Shown one piece after another: positions 51,665-64,000 of a stretch of 64,000 bases of DNA; within the stretch, counting starts at the first letter, position 1; the number at the start of each line of letters is the position of its first letter. The stretch spans positions 109,806,851 through 109,870,850 of the forward strand of contig NC_068982.1 of NCBI RefSeq assembly GCF_001194135.2. The letters run 5' to 3'. The notes under the pieces are model-generated. The model made no database searches and had not been told where the DNA came from. It saw only the letters and a list, made by a program, of their open reading frames with translations. The stretch comes from Octopus bimaculoides. Its lineage: Eukaryota. A program made the translations under genes and the position numbers.

Positions 51665-52619
51665 CCAAATACATACATGCATACCATGCATACATACGCA
51701 CATGTATATACATGCATAGCTACCTTGTACTTATTGCCTGTCACAGGCCAAATCACTCTAAGCGTATGTTGATGCATCAGTAATCTGGACAATGATAACA
51801 TTCTACATCGAGGTTAACGTAGAGACTAATTTAAATATACAATTTATTAGCTTTATTTATGACTTTTGCTTTTCGTATTTAAGAATACTTTAGGGAAATA
51901 TCCTTCATAGTACACATCGTTGCTTCTATTTATAACTTCCACTTTACTGATTACTTTTAATACATAAGCAGCAATCTACTATGATGTCAATTGAATAAAT
52001 GCCATTGTAAATAACAGAAGCAACACTTCTTTGATTTAAGCAAAAGACATTAAGCTATTTGGGAATAGAAAACCAGTGAAGCCAGGATGTAGTTGTTTCC
52101 TGAAGAAAACATCTCTGAAAGTTACTGAATGTTTCAAATTTAAAACATTTCTCGCCTGATCGTATGAAAAAAAAAGAAAAACGAAAGCGAAAGTTCGTTG
52201 AGACGGTGCATGAATAAATTAAGAGGTAAAATTGTGTTGATATTTAAAAATGAGAAAATCAATGAAAATACATTAAATTTTGAAAATGCACTAAAATTTG
52301 AATTTGAGAGCTCAGACGTTCTCCAAGCTCGACTGCTAGCCATAACGGCTACTTCTCATTCAGATCAAATTTTACAATCTTTAAAAAGAGATGAACATGT
52401 TGAGGGTTGTTGTCTGAGGTACATTAGTGTTGAAATGAGATTGTAGATTTCCTCGGTCAGCGCTGACCTGAGGTTAAATAGCAAAGAAACTTTAGAATTT
52501 ATATGTCACATTAAGTAATAAAAGTGATTTACAGGGAATTAAATATTCATGTCACAGTAACGTTAATACGGGCTCAAAGAGCAATAGCATTTCTAGTCGA
52601 ACTAAACTTCCACTCACAT

Positions 52620-52858
52620 TTACGTTGATCAGGCTCTTGATAACCTTCTTGAGAAATGTACCACTTTCTCATAAAAATTTCTTGCTCAGGATCAGAAATC
52701 AGTGTATAGGGAGATACACATATATGTATGTATGTATGTATATATGTATGTATGTATGCATATATTTATGTACCGATTTCTTTTTTCTAGGCATCAGAAC
52801 TCTATTTGGGAAAGTAGCACAATTCCCAAAAGGCTTATCAACAGCCTGATCAATGTAA
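52620..52858. mobile_element. Fold-back/MITE-like palindromic element
   Basis: Left arm ttacgttgatcaggctcttgataacc... versus reverse-complemented right arm ttacattgatcaggctgttgataagcc... over about 90 bp, with a (TATG)n spacer. Confidence 0.75.
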
Positions 52859-53352
52859 GTAGATAAGTGATTCGTTGAAAATACTTCAACCGGATATACT
52901 TATTATTTCATGAGTACTTAAGACAATATATATGTGCATGTATATATATATATATTACTGTAAGGGTTGTTAAACATATGTTAGCATAAGTTATACATCG
53001 GACAAACATTATCTGATATAGACTTGATACTTGAAGAAAAGGGGAAAGAACGGTTTATTATTAAAAAATGACAGTTTACTCGAGATTCGATGAGCCACTA
53101 GGAAAAATTCGAGTTGACTTCAACGCGTTTATATAATAAACACACACATACATACACACACGCGCGCACGCGCGCACACAACATACATAGACATACGCGC
53201 TAGGGTATCTACACATGCAGATATAAGTGTACTTGTATGTATTTACCTGAGAACTGCTATGTAAACAGATATCGTTTTTGGTATCGCACGTGTCTTTTTC
53301 TCTTGCACCTACCACAATTCTGTTTCTATTCGTTTTTGTCCTCATTAGTTAA

Positions 53353-53550
53353 AAGGTATCAAGTTGGCAGAATCGTTAGCGCTATGGACGAAATGCTTAG
53401 TGGTATTTCGCCCATCGCTACGTTCAGAGTTCATATTCCGCCGAGGTCGACTTTGCTTTTATAAAAAGTACCAGTTGAACACTGAGGTCGATGTAATCGA
53501 TTCATCTCCTCCTTCATAATTGCTGCCCTTATGGCAAAATTTGAAACCAT
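53353..53550 (+). mobile_element. SINE family 3
   Basis: ttggcagaatcgttagc...gagttcatattccgccgaggtcgactttgc...ggcaaaatttgaaacc. Confidence 0.8.
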
Positions 53551-53828
53551 TAATTGAAGCGTATCATCCAAAACATCAGAATCAATCACTTCTGTTTCTT
53601 TTTTAAGCTTCATTCTGCACTTTTTTTTTCATAGGTACGGACTTTCGCTTCTCTGACATTCTGTAACATTTTTTTATTGTTTCTTCTTTATCTCAAATTT
53701 TACTGGCGTTGTTTGGCGATTTTTTTTTTTTACCTATTTATATCCTTATATTGGGTGTTTTAAATTTTTTGCGTGTAGGCATCACTGATCGTATATAAGA
53801 TGCCTCATGTGTCTGATTACATGACTTA

Positions 53829-53915
<87 letters not shown>

Positions 53916-55149
53916 CGTTGTTATTCTACAGACACGTAGACATTTTTATATATTTTGCTAATATCTGTAGCCATATTTCTGGAGAAAATGGTTGCAAACA
54001 TTTACAAATGTGCACACGCACATAATGTGTGTATGTTCATGCATTGCACATTCCGTTTACACTCAGACACACCGGCATACACATATTGAAATCATCTCAC
54101 ACAAAAACATTCACACTTACATGAATGTAACCCAGTCTAATATACTACTCGAACATTTGCTCAAATTCACACATGTAAAACACACAGAATCCTTTTACAA
54201 TAAACCTTTTACTTTATTTGCTCTCAATTCTTGTGGTTTGTTATAATTCTATTATGGTTATCATTGACGCCTAGTTTTTGAATGCTATTGTCTCATGGTA
54301 ATTTCCTGATTAGTAAAACCAGGATTAGGCTGTTAATTATTTGGTCATCATGAAAACGATGATTTTGTTATATTCTTTTTTTTTTTCATTGTTACACGGG
54401 GCAAATAAATCGATGAATATTTTCGTCAGAGTCATACAGCTTAATATTCTGACCTACTAAACAATTTTATTATCATTACCATTTAAACGTCATCAGCAAC
54501 ACGAGAAACAAAACTCAGACAGGATTACCCATGTTTCTATTAAATTAATTGCTTTCTTCTATTTTAGATATTTGTTATATTTTATTGCAACATTTCGATT
54601 TTTTACGTTACTCCTATTAATTTCTCAATATTAATGCATTACTGGGAAATTAGAAGATAGGTAATAATGAGTTGTTAACCAGTTGGTTATTTACTGAATC
54701 AATAGACGAATATATACACAAATACACACAAATACACAGACACACACGCAGACACAGATACAGACACACAAACAGACACACAGACACGCGCGCGCGCATG
54801 CACGTACACACACACACACACACATATGTATATATATACGTACCAACACACCGAGGAATAGAGATTCATTCATGCGTACATAAATACCTACATACACACA
54901 TACTCATACTTGTATACGTGTTAGTGACGAACTGAAAAAAATAGTGCTCAACACTGGAGAGGTGAATAAATATTCTTTGTTACCAAAGGCTTAGTGCATG
55001 AAAACTGGCTGTTATCAAACCAGAGTTTGTATAATGGATGGAAATTCTGGCATTTAAATGATGAGGATGTCACTCTTATATAATCAAACTCCACTTGAAA
55101 TAATTGCGAATTTTATCGTACGAAACGTATAAGTTACTATTAATTTCGA

Positions 55150-55180
<31 letters not shown>

Positions 55181-55247
55181 TGCGTGCGCGTGCGCGTGTC
55201 TGTATCTACGTGTGTGTGTGTATCTGTGTGTATATGTATACACACAC

Positions 55248-55283
<36 letters not shown>

Positions 55284-56297
55284 NNNNNNNNNNNNNNNNN
55301 NNNNNNNNNNNNNNNNNNNNNNNNNNNNNNNNNNNNNNNNNNNNNNNNNNNNNNNNNNNNNNNNNNNNNNNNNNNNNNNNNNNNNNNNNNNNNNNNNNNN
55401 NNNNNNNNNNNNNNNNNNNNNNNNNNNNNNNNNNNNNNNNNNNNNNNNNNNNNNNNNNNNNNNNNNNNNNNNNNNNNNNNNNNNNNNNNNNNNNNNNNNN
55501 NNNNNNNNNNNNNNNNNNNNNNNNNNNNNNNNNNNNNNNNNNNNNNNNNNNNNNNNNNNNNNNNNNNNNNNNNNNNNNNNNNNNNNNNNNNNNNNNNNNN
55601 NNNNNNNNNNNNNNNNNNNNNNNNNNNNNNNNNNNNNNNNNNNNNNNNNNNNNNNNNNNNNNNNNNNNNNNNNNNNNNNNNNNNNNNNNNNNNNNNNNNN
55701 NNNNNNNNNNNNNNNNNNNNNNNNNTATATAAGTATTATATTTATATAAGCAGGGAAGACGTTATTGTCTTAAAAAGTTAAACGCTTGAACTGATAAATG
55801 CATATTTGATAATAAAGCAAAACCAAAACCAAGCATTATCAGTTGGCCCACTCTTCTTGTAACATAACAAAAACAGTTTCTCTTTAATTTAGAATAGATA
55901 ATGTTTTCGATACAGGTGTCAGAAAATAAATTACATTTCAACTTGACAAAAATCTCGAAAGAAATTAGCCATTGAATTCATTTAATACAGAAGACTGTGT
56001 TTGCATATTAATTAGTATTTTTATATACTTTTTAGTATAATATCAAGATAGGGTTTCATAAACCTCATGTTATTATATGCGTTGTTTTATGAAAAAGCGG
56101 AGGTTGCATTCAAGGATATTTACACAATTTCCGATAGGTATTCACGAAAGGAAATGCTACAGTAGGATCACGTACTTAAGTGAAAAGCTTAATTGTTATG
56201 TTTGGCAGAACAACTTTAGACTTAAATTATAGCAGAAACAAAATGATGAGAATAAAGACAATTAGAGCAGCTAACTGGAGTAGACGATATATTATTG

Positions 56298-56345
<48 letters not shown>

Positions 56346-58999
56346 CTGCAGTGTGTATCAGTGTGAGTTTCTAATATAGGCCAGGCTTCGAAGTAGAAGG
56401 AAATGATATAAACTATTACACCAACCCATCTGTCTCAACTGATCCAATCCCTTGCTTCGGTTAACGAAAGAGAATTATGAATTCTTTTTGTATTAATAAG
56501 CAGCTTTTCAAAAATTTTGATTTTGCAAAAAATTGACATGCAAGAAAAGACGCTGTAGGAACCTATTATTTCACCAAAACTCACTTTGTATTACGGGAAG
56601 TGTTGTTTCTTATATTGACTTATTTTCAATCACAAAAATTGTCATTTTAATCAAAATCACCGACATTATCACCGACAATTCAATACCATTAATACAATAG
56701 GCTGAATATGGAGACGAAGTTATTTTTGTTCTATTATATACATTGTCTATCCAATGAAAACATATTTGTGAGAGTCTTCTGAAGATTAGCCTTCCTGCAA
56801 AGAAATATGAATGATCGTTAATAAATCCAGAGTTCACACCTTGGGAATTTTGATTTTGAGTCTATGTAAAGTTGAATCACATTCAAGAAGGCCAGCAAAC
56901 CTGAACCACACACAAAAAAAATGAGTTAATCCTCTCTTTATTAATCATATACACAAAGAATAATACACTCTCATATGTATTATCATAATCAAAATGCTTT
57001 CCAGTTTTTAAATTACACCCAATTACATGCTGACTTTAAACGCACCAAATTTCAGTATGTAATCTATGATATTAATGGTTGGTTGTGTGTTATGATATCG
57101 GTTGGTGATGGTGTAGTAGACTATGTGTAATGTTTTTATTGACTTTTGGTGCGCTGCATTTATTGCGTTATATTGTCTGGTGATAATTTAGGTTTGTTTC
57201 ATATCAGTTATCCTATTTTATTGGGTTAAGATAGGCTGGCTTGCATGGAGACAATGCTCTCTGAAATTGAGCTATTGAAATGAAGGCGTCTTGTGTAGGG
57301 TAAGGATCGTGTCTAGCAGAGAGGGGCTGTGTCTAGTAGAGGGGCTGTGATGTGAACTCTGACATGCTTTTTATATTTTTGTTCATATATTTTACTCGTA
57401 CCCAGAAATCGAATCATATACTCTTTCACTTTCATATCCAACATTTTAATGTTTCAGTTTCAGTATCCTTGGCATTATTTTAAGTTTCCGAGCGATAATT
57501 TTGTCGGAAAGGAAGAGGATGTCTCTCAGGTTACAGAAATATTTGTTCCAGGCCTTGATAATTCTACTTGAATATTTTCTTTTGAGCTCTTTGTCAGTCT
57601 TGTATTTATTACACACTTTCACTGCACTATTGAGCACAGTTCTCTGTGTACTTTGGGTAAGTGAATTGTGTCGTTTTCGATTTCGATTTTCCATTGGAAT
57701 CAGCGTAATATGCATACAATGCTTAAAAGTACTCTGTATTTTCTATATACTGTGCACATTTTATATCTGGGTATTTTGATTACGTATTTGTCGCCATGAT
57801 ATTTAAAATCATTCCCAGGATACATATTATTATAAGGATCGTTTTAGTTTTCTTTTCCACATTCTGATTATCGTTGTATTAGCATTGCATTCCATGGCCA
57901 CATTTAAGATTAATTTTTCTTCGTATTTTGAAATACCTATGGCTACATCATTCAATGTATCTTTTCTTCTCTAAAACAGAAGAGCGTGATATAAGTGAGA
58001 TTTGGTTGCTGTTTCCAGCAGGTCTACCTACTGCATATTATTGTGCTACATATACATGCAATGCAGTGATACTAATGATGATGACTATGCTATGAAAGAA
58101 CGAGTGCTTTGATTATTACTTTACTGGAGGTAGTGTTATAATGCGTTTAGAGTGGATGTTCACAACAATTTTAATTCTAAGTGTTCCTTTTGCTTATCTT
58201 GGCACAACTTTCAAAACCTTAATCAATATTGCTTAATTAATTTGGCACATATATGGTCAACAAGTAGAACATACTAAACAATATACAGCATTTACAGACA
58301 GTGAGCGTTTTAATTCAGTAGTACAACGTATACTCTCTGCACACAACACATATACAATACATTAAAACCCAGTAAAAGAATATAGTTCACGGGTTCTATG
58401 GAATCAGTACCATACAATATAATACACACAGGCAGTACATATCAACGTAATCACTATTCAATAAAATAGCAATGCACACAATTAATCGATACCGTATATT
58501 ATCGCACCTGTTAACAACACAAAGCTTACACAACTGCTCTTCATTAATATGTCACAACTGACGTATCACATAAGTTGCACAATTACTGTCCGGCACCAAA
58601 ATAACTCCCACTCATTACTCAGTGAACACAAAACGTAAACAACACCCAACAAAATAACACGATTCGAACTGTACGTATTAATTACGCAGCTGACGAAACC
58701 GTAAAATATTACCAGAAACATTAAAAGAAATCACAAACCAAAGCAAGCCCGATGTTTTTAGATACAATGTTACAATACTGCACCCACCTCTGGAAGACAG
58801 ATGAACATCTGTAATACAGTAGAAACCCGCAATAGCATTGTTGAAAGCCTGATAATAATCGATTCTAAGATAAGCTCTATGCAACTAATTTAAAAGGAGG
58901 TATTACTCGTTAAGGGTTTGAGCTGCTGAGGTTGGAGGGCAGTAAACGGGCTTGCGGGCGACAAAGACTGGACGACGAACACCTGTTCAAAATTCTAGG

Positions 59000-59350
59000 G
59001 AGCGTGTTTGCCAGACGAAGATATTTTGTTACACTTGCAGTGAATAGTCACAATATGTGACAAAATAGCCGTATTTCTTCAATCCGAATGTTTGTAAACA
59101 TCTGATTATGCATGGGAGAAGATGAGAGCAGATCTAATTCTTGTGAAGGGTGTCAAAGGGCGAAAACGGCAATATTTTGGCCTGGTTATATGAGGATAGA
59201 GCTGTTGGGGCTCGGCGGAGAATTACAGGTTCATGGGCGACGAAGAAGAAGACAAAGCTATGACATTAAATACTGGACGACAAAAACCTTGGCAGTGTGC
59301 GGCTGCAGCACGAACACATACTGTTTGGCAGAGAATAGCGGATGTGTCTC
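59000..59350 (+). mobile_element. RTE LINE 3' remnant
   Basis: RKRQYFGLVI and HGRRRRRQSYDIKYWT resemble the RTE C-terminal motifs. Confidence 0.5.
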
Positions 59351-60316
59351 GGATATGAAAATGAAAATATTCATTCAATCAATTATGGGTGTGTGCGTTT
59401 GTGTGTTCATTTGTATGAATGTATGCATCAGCGACAGCAGCTACCATTTATCAACACCGGAAGACTGGAATTGTGTACCAACAGCAGCGTAGATTTTAAT
59501 ATAGAAATAGAATGAGAGAAAAGTAGAGAGGACAAAAAAGACAAGGCATTGAGAAAAATGCAAAGAAACAAACGCATTTATATAAATGATGTGTTTGTAT
59601 ATTTTCAAATAGATAGATAGATAGATAGATAGATAGATTCATATATATATACATAGATATATTTTTTTAAATGATAGAAGGGTAATCTCCAAATAAGCGT
59701 AAAATGAGAATGTCATTGTTTTAAGATATTTTAGTCTGGTTAATGTCGGCCGTATGAATAAATTAATCCCATCCACAACATCACTTTAAGTTTTAAGGTC
59801 ATATTCATAGAGACACTAATATTTGCCTCTGCTGCAGATATATGTTCGAATGTCAAAATCTAGTCAGCTTTGAGATGGGCGATTTAACAAACTTATCCAG
59901 CATTTGTGCTTTGTTTATCAATAAGGCAAATTTGAATAGTAACTTCGCGATCAATGCAAACAGACTGCAGACGTAGGTATCAAAATTGAAGAAATATTAT
60001 AAAAGGATGATACAGAACGACAGGAAAGGAACGATAATCTATAAAATATAACAAAGAAACAGCAAAGCAAGAAATGGAAGGATTTTTACTGATTTTTAAA
60101 ACATACCGTTATTTATATGCATTCAGTAAGTTTGAATTATACGTATCTTTCCACCAGTACACCAATAATATTAAACGTTTTGCTTTCTTTCCTATATGTG
60201 ATATGTATGCATGCGTGTGTGTGTATATATATATACATACATACATACATAGATATATACATGCATACACACATACACATACATTTATATATACATACAT
60301 ACATACATACATACAT

Positions 60317-60352
<36 letters not shown>

Positions 60353-60716
60353 TACCGTGCATAAGTCTTCGGCCACTTTAAAGTATTGCAAATTTCTACT
60401 AATTGCCAACTAAGTGGAAGTTTCGCATCGCGTTTTTTAAGGATGAAACATTGGCCCTGTTGAAGTCATTTCCATACTTAATTGTTATAATTTGTAGTAG
60501 GGGCTTTGAATGAGAGGGGAAGACGCGAGACGACCCTTCACCACAAAAGAAAATGCCCGTGCAAATGTTTTCGTCCACCTCACATAAACCAATCGAGATA
60601 CAGTGTTTTAAAACAGAAATATGCTTATAATGAAAATTTATTACATAATGTTCATCTCAAGAAGTTACATATATACACACATACCCCCCAAAGATACACA
60701 ACTCGATAGGTAGATG

Positions 60717-60779
<63 letters not shown>

Positions 60780-61352
60780 TCCTTAGTGTTTAGCAATATG
60801 CACATTTGTATGTTATCTTGTGATTTATCGACCTGCAGACATACGTAGGGAAATTTCACGAGTATATATTTAAGTAGAAGCTACACACTTTCACTAGATT
60901 AAAAATAATCCTGTACTCATTACCTCAAGTGCGTTATCCTGAACTTAACTATATGATGTACATGTAGACGGAAACGGTGGGAAATTTTATGAATTTTTTT
61001 TTAATTACCTAATCAGTGAATAAGCTTTACACCAAAATTATATGCTATCCAACGCGTTCTGTAATGAAGTAACTCTAATGTTGAATATGCTGTAATAAGA
61101 AGACCGAAACGTGACTGGAGTTGTCACCATAGCCGCCAAAGATCAGATTCACCCACCCTTTCCATATCTCAATTTAATTTTTGATGAATTTCCTGATATC
61201 TCTCTATGAGAGTAATTTTCATTAACGATAATTAATATTTTTCTCATTACGGTTATAACTAGATTTAAAATCATTTTCCGCTCTTAGCACCAAGTATATT
61301 AGCCTGTGTTTTTGCAATATGTATAGAAACCCACCCCTGTAAGCGCACACAC

Positions 61353-61571
61353 CATATGTACATGTGAAGGAGTTCCGAGGACGAACAGAAAAGACAGTAC
61401 TCAGTATCAGAGGGAAGAGTATGCATAATTTTCCATTATGTAGATTATAATAACATTCAGCAACCCATCCAGTGCCTTGCATTTTCTGCGAGTAGAGCAA
61501 ATTTACAAGCATTGTTTAGTCGTTTGAGGAATTGACGGCTTTCAGTCAGTTCTCAAAGTAATAAAGAATGC
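61353..61571 (-). CDS. Tentative exon with ATG (61512) and a signal-peptide-like hydrophobic stretch LCILFPLILSTVFSV
   Basis: Acceptor attttacag|G, weak donor TATG|gtgtgt, ends in phase 1. No homology recognised. Confidence 0.2.
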
Positions 61572-61968
61572 CTGTAAAATTGCTCCACGAGCAGTAAATA
61601 AAAGATATTAGATGGGTAGCTGACTATAACTTGAATAATGAAAAATTGTCTGCATCCGGAGTAATATTGCTGCAAAATAGGTGGGATATATAACTATATG
61701 CTTGAAACCACATTGCTCCATCCATAAGATAAACCAACAATACATAAAGCGCTTAGAAAACAAAACGTATTTTACAGTTTGTCTAACGAAGGCAATGAAG
61801 CCCAAACGTCAAAGTAAAAGACAAATTTCTTGTAGAAACAAAATATAATATTCTGCTGATAGGTTTAAATTAAGCTTTAACTAATGTTTGGTTGTTAAAC
61901 TATTCAACTATACATAACAGAAACACACAAATACAAATGCACACATACATACTTACATGTATGTATGC

Positions 61969-62083
<115 letters not shown>

Positions 62084-62188
62084 ACAATTTGTGTATCATA
62101 CTTAAGGCTAAAATATCACTGAAAGTCAAATTAACGGTGGGATTCGTCTGAAGTCATCTCTTATGGACGTACTGCGTTAAATGTCATT

Positions 62189-62406
62189 AAAATATATCAG
62201 TAGCAGAAGAAAACTGTCCACCAATGGTGGTGGAAATACTAACTATGCATTTCTGCTTTCTTGAGATTCGTCAACAGCATGTACTCGCTGGCAACCGCGC
62301 ACCAAGGCATAATCCTTTCCCACTGATATAGTAAAACAGTGATTGAATGATCATTAGCATTCCAGCTAACTCCGTTAGACGATATTTTCTGCTACTGATA
62401 TATTTT
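62189..62406. repeat. 20-bp perfect inverted repeats around a 178-bp spacer (MITE-like)
   Basis: AAAATATATCAGTAGCAGAA at 62189-62208 and its reverse complement at 62387-62406. Confidence 0.8.
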
Positions 62407-62629
62407 TGAGTTAATTAACATAACTCATCATTAAAGTATTTCGTCCGACCCTCTAATTTATACCGTAAGGTTGAAACTCAAAGTTCACTGCAGCGGGAAT
62501 TTGAACTTATAGCGTAACGGACCGTAACGTATTTGTATAATGGTTCTATCAATCCACTGCACCGTCTAATAACAGGGCTTAAACATACAAATTGCCAGAA
62601 AGGGTATTAATTGTTTTCATATCTTCTGC

Positions 62630-62760
62630 ACAGCTTTAGTCTACTAAATTTCACTCACTAAATATTTGTCGAATGGAAGGAAGTGTAGAAAACATTTGCC
62701 CAAGGTGCCATATAGGGTGTTTGAACCCGAGATTGCGAAGCTAACTTCTTAATTACACCA
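62630..62760 (-). mobile_element. SINE family 2, degenerate 5' part
   Basis: ctactaaatttcactcac...catttgcccaaggtgcca...gaacccgag. Confidence 0.6.
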
Positions 62761-63939
62761 CAATGACTGATATATTATTATATGATCGAACGCCACGCAT
62801 CCATTTCAAAGTAAAACGACTCTTTTTACGAAGTCACGTTTTGTCTCAACGTTCGAAACGTGGAGTAGATAAAACAGGAGACAACTGATGAAGGGATTGT
62901 TCTTTATGTTGCCTGTCGCGTTTCTCTATTTGTTTCTATCGTTGTTAAAAAAAAAAGTTCGTTTTCCATGTTTTTTTTTTTTTCTGTTCTCGTATTTTTT
63001 TTTACGTCCTGTACCCATATATGCATGTATATATACATATATATGTAGGTATGTACATGTATATATATATATGTATATATGCATATATATATTATTATAT
63101 GATCGAACGCCACGCATCCATTTCAAAGTAAAACGACTCTTTTTACGAAGTCACGTTTTGTCTCAACGTTCGAAACGTGGAGTAGATAAAACAGGAGACA
63201 ACTGATGAAGGGNNNNNNNNNNNNNNNNNNNNNNNNNNNNNNNNNNNNNNNNNNNNNNNNNNNNNNNNNNNNNNNATATATATATATATATATAATTAAA
63301 AGATATTTGTTATTTTATGTACTTCTCTACTTCCTTGCAGTTTCGCGGTACATAACACACTTAATAAATCAATGGTTTTAGGCCAACAATAATCTTTATT
63401 TTCTCGTAAATTTACTGCCATACAAACGCTGATTGCAATCAGTTTATCATGCAAACGAGAAAAATCAGGAAGGTTACCAATTATGTTAATACTTCTCCTG
63501 CAGATAGAGATTCATAAGCGTGAACATGTTTCCTAAACGTGGGTGGTTAAAACTGTAAGCTGTTGATATATCTGCGAACTTGCAACTTGTAACAAACTCT
63601 CACAATCATCTTCACTCGATTGGTTAAACACCCACACACACACTGACACCAACTCATATGCATGTATGTATGTATGTATGTATGTATGCATACATGCATG
63701 CATGTATGTATGTATTATGTGCGTGTGTGAGAGCGTATGTAAGAGAGTGGTAGAAAGAGCGTTATTTACATTTTGAGATAATGTTCAGGTATTGTGTAAT
63801 GCATTTTAATTAATGCGCAATAATGCAAACACACACCTACACGTGCACACATGCACATGAATATACATACATACATACACAAACACGGTCTAATGTGCGT
63901 GTAAGCGTGTGTATGTATATATATATATAAATATTTATA

Positions 63940-63970
<31 letters not shown>

Positions 63971-64000
63971 GTATATACATATATATATATGTATATACAT

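Noticed and set aside
56585-56794. Minus-strand segment with strong acceptor (tttgcag) and donor (gtgagt)
   Set aside because: Stops in all three frames. It could be a non-coding exon but is unsupported.
62885-62895. CTGATGAAGGG as a hammerhead
   Set aside because: No paired stem II followed by GAAA downstream, and a permuted arrangement with the upstream CGAAAC does not pair convincingly.

Overview
AT-rich eukaryotic genomic DNA from a gapped short-read assembly (15 N-gaps), full of (CA)n, (AT)n, (TATG)n, (AGAT)n and (AAT)n microsatellites. The repeat families look like those of an octopus (recognition from memory, not a database result). There is no prokaryotic content, CRISPR array, rRNA or true tRNA gene, and most ORF-track entries are microsatellite artefacts. 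The window appears to be mostly intronic: two phase-compatible coding exons with canonical splice sites lie on the minus strand (6997-7262 and 408-476). The rest is decayed mobile DNA: a 5'-truncated Ty3/Gypsy element with an intact 3' LTR (about 13160-17026); a full-length DD36E Tc1-type transposon (32370-33559); DD37D, mariner and Tc1 fragments; MITEs; at least seven R4/Dong-type RLE LINE fragments, four of them abutting (AAT)n arrays; HERO-like and RTE LINE remnants; and several tRNA-derived SINE families. The most unusual signals are an inverted pair of Penelope-type hammerhead-like motifs with a non-canonical CCGAUGA core (34003-34297), the DD36E element, and repeated retroelement insertion at (AAT)n arrays. 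An Illumina adapter remnant sits at 10490-10513. All translations and alignments were done by eye and boundaries of degenerate elements are approximate.
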